DNA of 64,000 bases, from positions 16,796-80,795 of the forward strand of contig DJSB01000033.1 of NCBI GenBank assembly GCA_002437945.1. The letters are read 5' to 3'. The notes beneath the pieces are model-generated. The model saw nothing but the letters and a program-made list of their open reading frames with translations. It was not told where the DNA came from and ran no database searches. Position numbers and translations under genes: made by a program. The stretch is from Christensenella sp. UBA6345. GTDB lineage: Bacteria > Bacillota > Clostridia > Christensenellales > UBA1242. The stretch's first letter is position 1, and each line of letters starts with the position of its first letter. Positions 57,979 to 64,000 of this stretch are shown here, in pieces.

Positions 57979-58809
57979 CTATATCAAATCGCTATTTTTG
58001 TAATTTTTTATACCCAAGTACAACAATACTGCTGGTACAACAAACCAAATAGCAAAACTATAGTAATTAATCACTCCGTAGCCACTACCTACAATGTCAC
58101 TAAATGTAACTGACAATGGAGATAAGCACTGGAATAATTTAAGAAGTGTGCCACTTAAAGTTAGACTTGCAAAGGTATAGAATACCAAAACAATAAGCAT
58201 AGCATATATAATATTAAATTTACGTTTACCTAATAATGCTAATGCAAAACTAAATACGCCTATCTGAATAGTAGCGACAATAGTAAATAAATAATATCCT
58301 AGGAAATTGATAAACTTAAATTGTCCATTACCCCAAATAAGTAATGCAATTAAGCCAAATAATGCACATACAGTATTAAATATAACAAGGTTAATAACAA
58401 GTCTTAAAAGTTTATTAAGTACGATTTTTGTACGGCTTGCATTCTGGGTATAAAGCAACTCATAACTACCATCTTTAAAGTTGTTATTGATTAATTTACA
58501 ACCTAGTCCGGCTGCATACAAGCCACCAAAGAATGCCCATACTTGGGCTGCTTGGGCACTAAAATATGTACCAATACTCATATTGCCCAATACTTCTAGA
58601 ATTTCTTTTATAGATTGGTCACCATCAAAATATTTTAATAATCCATTTAGAATATTATCCATGTATGGGAACAAGGCTATATTTATAAACAATAGAACTG
58701 AAGCAATCAAACTAATAAATATTAATGCTTTATAATTTAATTTACGTTCTAACCTAAATAATGGCGATAATTTGGTTGTTTTTTCATGTCTTATATCACT
58801 TAATTTCAT
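57979..58809 (-). CDS. ABC-2 type transporter permease
   Basis: Six-TM-type hydrophobic protein directly after the ATPase gene. ATG 58809 has a GGGGG RBS. The alternative ATG 58824 overlaps the ATPase stop (TAATG). Confidence 0.7.
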   Translation of the reverse strand: MKLSDIRHEKTTKLSPLFRLERKLNYKALIFISLIASVLLFINIALFPYMDNILNGLLKYFDGDQSIKEILEVLGNMSIGTYFSAQAAQVWAFFGGLYAAGLGCKLINNNFKDGSYELLYTQNASRTKIVLNKLLRLVINLVIFNTVCALFGLIALLIWGNGQFKFINFLGYYLFTIVATIQIGVFSFALALLGKRKFNIIYAMLIVLVFYTFASLTLSGTLLKLFQCLSPLSVTFSDIVGSGYGVINYYSFAIWFVVPAVLLYLGIKNYKNSDLI

Positions 58810-58823
58810 CTTACATACCCCCA

Positions 58824-59690
58824 TTATTCATAGAAATGAAGAAACATTTCTTCAAGTCCCGCATCTTCAATACTAATATTGGTTACATCTATACTGTTAA
58901 GATATTTAACCAATTTTTTCATTTCGCCATTGTAATTAAACTTAATGTAATTATTCTCTCTCCTTACATTGCTTACACCGCTTAATGTAATCTCTGGAGA
59001 TGAATAGTCTGTTTCGATAGTAACAATCTTTAATCTCTTTGTCTTTAATTGTTCCATCTCTTCTATAGCAATTATCTTACCAGCCTTTATTATAGCCACT
59101 CTATCACACAATCTTTGAATATCAGTAAGTGTATGTGAAGAAATAAGTATACTTGCACCACGTTTTTTCTCTTCGTCCATAAGTTCAAAGAATTTAAGTT
59201 TGATTAATGGATCAAGTCCAAAAGTAGGTTCGTCCAATACAATAAGTTTTGGACTCGATAAAAGTGCCATAACGATACACATTTTCTTTTTATTACCTAA
59301 AGATAATTCGCTGGCTTTTCTAGTTAAATTAAGTTCTAGTTTTGTAGCCAAATAATCTATACGGTCATAACTAACCTTTTTCATATCTGCTACAAATTTT
59401 AAGTTTTCGGCAACAGTTAAATTGGGGAAGAAACTTGGTTCGCCACCAGCATAGCCCAATTCGACACGAGCGGTATCCCCTTCTTTAAATGCATTGCGAT
59501 TAATTATAGCAACTTCGCCACTGTCTGGTTTTAGAAGTCCTACTATTGCACGTATGGTAGTAGTTTTACCAGCACCATTAGGCCCTATAAAACCTACAAT
59601 TTCGCCTTCTTTAACATTAAAGGTTACGTCTTCGACACCCACATTCTTGCCATAGTATTTCTTTAAATTATTTACTTCGCAAGGTATCAT
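58824..59690 (-). CDS. ABC transporter ATP-binding protein
   Basis: Walker A GPNGAGKTTT, signature-like LSLGNKKK, Walker B LIVLDEPTFGLD, H-loop SSHTL. Confidence 0.9.
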   Translation of the reverse strand: MIPCEVNNLKKYYGKNVGVEDVTFNVKEGEIVGFIGPNGAGKTTTIRAIVGLLKPDSGEVAIINRNAFKEGDTARVELGYAGGEPSFFPNLTVAENLKFVADMKKVSYDRIDYLATKLELNLTRKASELSLGNKKKMCIVMALLSSPKLIVLDEPTFGLDPLIKLKFFELMDEEKKRGASILISSHTLTDIQRLCDRVAIIKAGKIIAIEEMEQLKTKRLKIVTIETDYSSPEITLSGVSNVRRENNYIKFNYNGEMKKLVKYLNSIDVTNISIEDAGLEEMFLHFYE

Positions 59691-59720
59691 AATTACTCCT
59701 TAATAATAAATATTTAATAT

Positions 59721-59734
59721 ATCATATATATGAT
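59721..59734. promoter_or_regulatory. 14-bp perfect palindrome ATCATATATATGAT overlapping the putative -10 of the ABC operon promoter
   Basis: Read directly. A minus-strand TTGCAA-17 nt-TATCAT promoter places its -10 at 59730-59735. Confidence 0.5.
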
Positions 59735-59855
59735 ACTATATTTTTTATGCTTTTGCAATAATTGTTAAAAATTATCTTAAACTTTGTTAAGATACAACCA
59801 TATAATCACTAGTAAAAATTGTTGATTAATTTACATATTTTTTTCAAGTTGGGTC

Positions 59856-59883
59856 TTTACAAATCATATATTTATGATATACT
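59856..59883 (+). promoter_or_regulatory. Promoter TTTACA-16 nt-TATACT with an embedded related palindrome ATCATA-tatt-TATGAT (59863-59878)
   Basis: Read directly. It lies upstream of the 59913 gene. Confidence 0.55.
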
Positions 59884-59912
59884 ATTACTGATAAAATTAG
59901 AGAGGTGTTGTG

Positions 59913-60728
59913 ATGGCAACTTATGCTGAAATAGAAAATAGAAGAAAACGCAAGCACTATATAACATATGAATATAAAAAAATGGGTGAATCCTACAAGG
60001 ATGAATACAATATTGACCTTAACGTTGCAAAATATCTTGTAATAAATATTGATACAGATGCAGATAAATCCAAAATCTTAACAGAGAATGCTGAAAACCA
60101 TGTATATAGCAAAATGGATTTTGTTCCACAACCAAGTTTTAAGACAGTAGAAACCATATTGAAACAACACAATATGTCACAAAACATTATAGATTATTTC
60201 AAATGCAATATGTCGATTGGTAATGGAATTGAAGACACTGTATGTAAAAACTTATTATCCGCAATGGGTAATCATGACTTTCAGACAATACTTAATGACC
60301 TTGGTCCAGCATGCAGAGATAAGGCAAAAATGTCAGAAATGTTACAAACTTTAACCGAACAAGCCAATGCTGCCGCAATTAATGGATTATTTTCAAAACT
60401 ATTCCAAAAAGTAAGTCTCGTAGGTGCAACATCTAAAGGAGATTTCAATAAAATATCCCCTACAATAGTGAACTATATAACTAATTTATATAAAAGAATT
60501 GTCTTTGGAGATAGCAAGAGACGTACAGCACCAATAGATATACCTAATGATCCTTCTAGAGTTTTTACATTAATTCCTAGACTAAACGAAGAAATGCGTA
60601 AGATTGATGCTAGGGGGTATCATGATTTATCAGACAAACAAATTATGGAAAATTTAATAATGCCATTTGAAACAATACTTAACAAAACTTTAGATCAACA
60701 AAAAGCAAATGGTAAAAGTAAAAAGTAA
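59913..60728 (+). CDS. Hypothetical protein (271 aa)
   Basis: AGAGG RBS 7 nt before ATG 59913; the ORF track starts at GTG 59910. I recognise no family. Confidence 0.55.
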   Translation: MATYAEIENRRKRKHYITYEYKKMGESYKDEYNIDLNVAKYLVINIDTDADKSKILTENAENHVYSKMDFVPQPSFKTVETILKQHNMSQNIIDYFKCNMSIGNGIEDTVCKNLLSAMGNHDFQTILNDLGPACRDKAKMSEMLQTLTEQANAAAINGLFSKLFQKVSLVGATSKGDFNKISPTIVNYITNLYKRIVFGDSKRRTAPIDIPNDPSRVFTLIPRLNEEMRKIDARGYHDLSDKQIMENLIMPFETILNKTLDQQKANGKSKK

Positions 60729-60733
60729 AAAGT

Positions 60734-60771
60734 AAAAAACACACATAGTAATTAATACTATGTGTGTTTTA
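60734..60771 (+). terminator. Terminator after the 59913 gene
   Basis: AACACACATAGTA...TACTATGTGTGTT followed by T4. Confidence 0.75.
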
Positions 60772-60784
60772 TTCTATTATAACT

Positions 60785-60812
60785 TAAAAAATCTCCATAT
60801 GGAGATTTTTTT
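60785..60812. terminator. Bidirectional terminator (serves the minus-strand 60815 gene)
   Basis: AAAAAATCTCCATATGGAGATTTTTTT. Confidence 0.8.
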
Positions 60813-60814
60813 AG

Positions 60815-61276
60815 TTAAATTTTACCATATACAATTGCATCATAAACTGAACCAGAAAGTGCATTAAAATTATCCACTGAAAGAGTACCATAATTTTTAA
60901 TAGTACCATCTCTAAATCTTTCCATAAAATTCTTAACAATTTTACCATCTTTTTCAACAAGTGTATAGGTAAATAGACGTACTTCATCTGGCTTTAAAGC
61001 AACAGAAACAAATGAGGAATCACCAACTCTATTAACAAATTTAGGGTTGTATCCAACACATAATATTAAATATTCAGTTGAAGTATCATCATACATATAT
61101 GTATCAACAGGCGGATGAATTACTTTTACATTAGCACCTTCCATAATACGTAAAGATAGTCCTTCATAACATATACTGAAATTTTTATGATCTTGATTTG
61201 TTAAACTGTAAAATGATTCTTTATACTCGTCAAAATAAGTGAAGAAATTATTAATTATTAATTGATTATATGTCAT
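60815..61276 (-). CDS. Small hypothetical protein, 'MTYN' paralog A (153 aa)
   Basis: It shares the N-terminus MTYNxLxxNxF and a central KFVNR block with the 62830-63324 product. Confidence 0.6.
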   Translation of the reverse strand: MTYNQLIINNFFTYFDEYKESFYSLTNQDHKNFSICYEGLSLRIMEGANVKVIHPPVDTYMYDDTSTEYLILCVGYNPKFVNRVGDSSFVSVALKPDEVRLFTYTLVEKDGKIVKNFMERFRDGTIKNYGTLSVDNFNALSGSVYDAIVYGKI

Positions 61277-61323
61277 ATGTTATTCTCCTATATTTTTCAA
61301 ATAAGTAAATTGAATTTTTATAT

Positions 61324-62661
61324 TTATGTTAAAAGTTCACTATATTTCACAGGTTTTGATTTCAACTTATTCTCCTGACTACATTCTTCAGTACTACCTG
61401 GATTATTTGTTGGACCACCTATTGCATCTTTAGTTAATGGAGTCTTTCCCCCAGCAACAGCATATGGATTATTAACTGAAGTTGGAGCATTGTTAGATGC
61501 TTCATTATTATTATTACCCTTTGTAGAAGCATGTGTAGTTTCTTTAGATGGTGAAAAATCTCTAACAATTGAAGGTTCTGATTTTCTTGATGGTATATCA
61601 ACTTTAGTAGTAGCACTAGATTGGTTACCACTAACAATACCTTGTCCCATACCACTATCTTTAGTTTTTACCTTGGTAGCAATATCTTTAAGTTTATCTT
61701 TAATATTATTAGCCACTTGTTCTTGGTTGGCTTCTTTAACAACCACATCTTCGTCACTCTTTCTAGCAAGATTGACATCGTGTAAAGGTTCGGCTAAAGA
61801 GTCTTTCATACGTTTTGGCACTGCATCAAGAACTTTTTTCTTTGCTGTCTCATCTATACGAGCCGCACCAGCAATAAATATACCCAAAATAGGAAGCAAA
61901 CGTTGTTTGAAATCTTTTTCTTGTTCGGCATATTCGTCAAGTCCATACAAATCTTCAAATGCTTTATCTAACAACTCATTCATTGCTTTATAGTTAACTA
62001 CTTTTTTAGATTTTTTATCTAGCAAAAAGAAGTCTGATATATTGTTAAATTCATTATTAAAAATTTCTAGAATCTTTTTTGTGTATGGATTATTCATAGT
62101 CTTAAGCAAGTTAACACGTTGAGTAAAGAAGTCTTCATACATAATATTGTAACTATCTGCACTTAAGTTGTCCAAATATCCCAACAACACATTACGTTTT
62201 GCTATATATTGGTCATCAACATCTTTACGTTCTTGTCCAGAATCATCTTCATTAATAGTAACATTAAATTTCTTTAATGCTCTATCAACAAAGTCAGGAG
62301 TTATCTCACTAGTAAATTTACTAATAGGTGTCTTGATAACATTAACCATACGACCACCTTGTTTAGGCACTCCTTCTAATACACACAACTCGGCAACTGC
62401 AAGTTGACTTGCAGTATTCTTTTTAAAAGAAATTTCAAAGTCTATAGTCTGACCACTACTAGTTTTAGTAGAACAAAAAATATCGTTATTATAGGATTCT
62501 TTTTTACTTTTAGTAAAGTCTACTAATTCTTGTGCAACTTTTTTATTAATAACATAAACACCTTTTGCGTTATAGTCACCAAAAAGTTTATTTTGGATAA
62601 CATCTACTCTTTGAGTAGTATATTCGTCAAAGGTCTCTGCCCTTTTAAATTTTGGAGCCAT
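61324..62661 (-). CDS. Hypothetical protein (445 aa) with an S/T/N/G-rich disordered C-terminal third
   Basis: GGGGG RBS 7 nt before ATG 62661. I recognise no family. Confidence 0.6.
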   Translation of the reverse strand: MAPKFKRAETFDEYTTQRVDVIQNKLFGDYNAKGVYVINKKVAQELVDFTKSKKESYNNDIFCSTKTSSGQTIDFEISFKKNTASQLAVAELCVLEGVPKQGGRMVNVIKTPISKFTSEITPDFVDRALKKFNVTINEDDSGQERKDVDDQYIAKRNVLLGYLDNLSADSYNIMYEDFFTQRVNLLKTMNNPYTKKILEIFNNEFNNISDFFLLDKKSKKVVNYKAMNELLDKAFEDLYGLDEYAEQEKDFKQRLLPILGIFIAGAARIDETAKKKVLDAVPKRMKDSLAEPLHDVNLARKSDEDVVVKEANQEQVANNIKDKLKDIATKVKTKDSGMGQGIVSGNQSSATTKVDIPSRKSEPSIVRDFSPSKETTHASTKGNNNNEASNNAPTSVNNPYAVAGGKTPLTKDAIGGPTNNPGSTEECSQENKLKSKPVKYSELLT

Positions 62662-62688
62662 ATACATTCCCCCTACAATACTAATTAT

Positions 62689-62717
62689 ATTATATCAAAT
62701 ATCAAACATATTTACAA
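62689..62717 (-). promoter_or_regulatory. Promoter TTGTAA-17 nt-TATAAT for the 62661 gene
   Basis: The minus strand reads TTGTAAatatgtttgatatttgaTATAAT. Confidence 0.55.
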
Positions 62718-62751
62718 TTATTAATTTGTTTTATTATAAAAAATTTGTTAA

Positions 62752-62803
62752 CAAAAAAGCAATACCAATTTTTGCCAAATAAAGGCATTAATTAGTATTG
62801 CTT
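62752..62803 (-). terminator. Terminator after the 62830 gene
   Basis: AAGCAATAC ... GTATTGCTT stem with an inner TGCC/GGCA hairpin, followed by T6 on the minus strand. Confidence 0.65.
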
Positions 62804-62829
62804 GGTAAGTACAAAATATACTTTAATAT

Positions 62830-63324
62830 TTATATGTCAAAATCATCATATGATGGTTTTAAAGCCTTATCAACAGCAACAGCAAATGATTCAGGGCAAA
62901 CAATGTCTAATTTATAAAGCGTAACTGATTTTTGATATAGTTTTTGTTCTATAACAAAATATTTAATATCACTCTTATCTTCTTCTTGAAAAATCTGTTT
63001 AAGTGCAAATACTCTAAAATTTTGTTGTTTGTCAATACATATAGCAATCATAAGACTATCTAGTTGTCTATTAACAAACTTATCTTCAAAGGTTACAATA
63101 GCCATAACATAATCCGGATTAGTAGGAATAGCATGTTGTACCGACTTAACAGGTAACTTAATGTTCTTTAAGCCATTTTTTAAGAATATTTCTTTAGAAA
63201 TTTCATTTTCTAAAGCACTTTTTAATTTTTCAGTATTTACAAAGGTTTCGTTACAAAATTTGTTTTTGTCACAATATGTTAAACCTTTTAAAAATTCATT
63301 TACAAATAAATAATTATATGTCAT
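62830..63324 (-). CDS. Small hypothetical protein, 'MTYN' paralog B (164 aa)
   Basis: The start is moved to MTYNYLFVNEF (ATG 63324), behind a GGGGG RBS. It is a paralog of 60815-61276. Confidence 0.6.
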   Translation of the reverse strand: MTYNYLFVNEFLKGLTYCDKNKFCNETFVNTEKLKSALENEISKEIFLKNGLKNIKLPVKSVQHAIPTNPDYVMAIVTFEDKFVNRQLDSLMIAICIDKQQNFRVFALKQIFQEEDKSDIKYFVIEQKLYQKSVTLYKLDIVCPESFAVAVDKALKPSYDDFDI

Positions 63325-63332
63325 TATACCCC

Positions 63333-64000
63333 CTAACCGCGACACATTGTCATGCCAGTATCACCTTTAATTCTTTCCATTTTTATTCTTAAATCATGTT
63401 GTGTCGCACGATCTACCACATCGATTAGATAAGCATCTTTAGAATTAACGTCATTTACTGCATTATTATAAGCCTGTTGATATATAGAAATATCAATTGC
63501 CACTGCAACAGAACCATTAAGCGGAGTTGGCATAGACCAATTAGAAGATCCTTTAATGTAATTAGTAAGATTAATATCATTATTAAATAATCTTGCGGAT
63601 TCTACATAACTTGGACCGCTAGTTGTGGTCTCCTGCATCGTAGAATATCCACCCATAGTAGATACTGTCGAAGATGTACTTATACCACTGCTAGGTTTAG
63701 GACTAAAGGTAGTCTTTGGAGCAGATGCAGTATGCTGTTCAGTAGATGCACTAGGATCGCTTGAATAAGTTCTATCTGCATTTTCAAAATCTGTTTGGGT
63801 GGAAACAGTAGAAGTACTTTGACCATAACCCGGCATATTAACTGTATTAGAAGTTATAGTAGAAATATTAGAATACTGCGATGATTTTCTTGCAGTGCCA
63901 CGCATTTCAGGTGTAACTTTCACGTCTCCAACTGGGAATTGAGATACAATACCATCAATAGGAGATTGGGATAATGAACCTTGAACTCGAGTTCCTGTCA
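63333..64000 (-). CDS. Hypothetical protein, N-terminus outside the window; S/T-rich linker plus a ~100-aa C-terminal domain
   Basis: The reading frame stays open from 63923 to the window edge (…TGTRVQGSLSQSPIDGIVSQFPVGDVKVTPEMRG…), so the GTG start in the ORF track is probably internal. Confidence 0.5.
   Translation of the reverse strand, partial: TGTRVQGSLSQSPIDGIVSQFPVGDVKVTPEMRGTARKSSQYSNISTITSNTVNMPGYGQSTSTVSTQTDFENADRTYSSDPSASTEQHTASAPKTTFSPKPSSGISTSSTVSTMGGYSTMQETTTSGPSYVESARLFNNDINLTNYIKGSSNWSMPTPLNGSVAVAIDISIYQQAYNNAVNDVNSKDAYLIDVVDRATQHDLRIKMERIKGDTGMTMCRG

Noticed and set aside
1-64000. Alternative genetic code (TGA as Trp, as in Mollicutes), considered because of the very low GC content
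   Set aside because: All conserved genes translate full-length with the standard code. Sporulation genes also argue against a Mollicutes origin.

Overview
Strongly AT-rich chromosomal segment of a Firmicutes-type endospore former (spoVT, a SpoVB/YabM-like flippase, a DUF1540 protein, addAB), read with the standard genetic code and transcribed almost entirely from the minus strand. The conserved core is the complete S10-spc-alpha ribosomal superoperon (rpsJ to rplQ, 18.3-34.0 kb, including secY-adk-map-infA-rpmJ and rpoA). It also includes rpmG-secE-nusG-rplK-rplA (55.4-57.9 kb), rplJ-rplL (52.7-53.6 kb) and rplI. Accessory genes sit between these blocks: a 3196-aa membrane-anchored giant protein, a 1073-aa Ig-repeat lipoprotein, an LRR / Listeria-Bacteroides-repeat surface protein, a 700-aa membrane coiled-coil protein, an SPFH/zinc-ribbon protein, two tandem zinc-metallopeptidase paralogs, an ABC-2 exporter, and a block of unknown genes at 59.9-64 kb containing two paralogous small 'MTYN' proteins. 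The most interesting signals are non-coding. (1) A perfect TTGACA-17-TATAAT promoter drives a ~680-nt ORF-free region directly upstream of the giant gene. That region is a tandem array of hairpin modules showing compensatory base-pair changes between copies, plus a perfect 76-nt four-way junction; one more copy lies at 52.5 kb. (2) Two tandem ~155-nt terminator-ended structured-RNA paralogs lie between rplA and an inserted lipoprotein gene, and every difference between them is structure-neutral. I could not match either family to a known RNA class by eye. Both need Rfam/Infernal searches and transcript mapping. No rRNA, tRNA, CRISPR array, transposase or integrase was seen.
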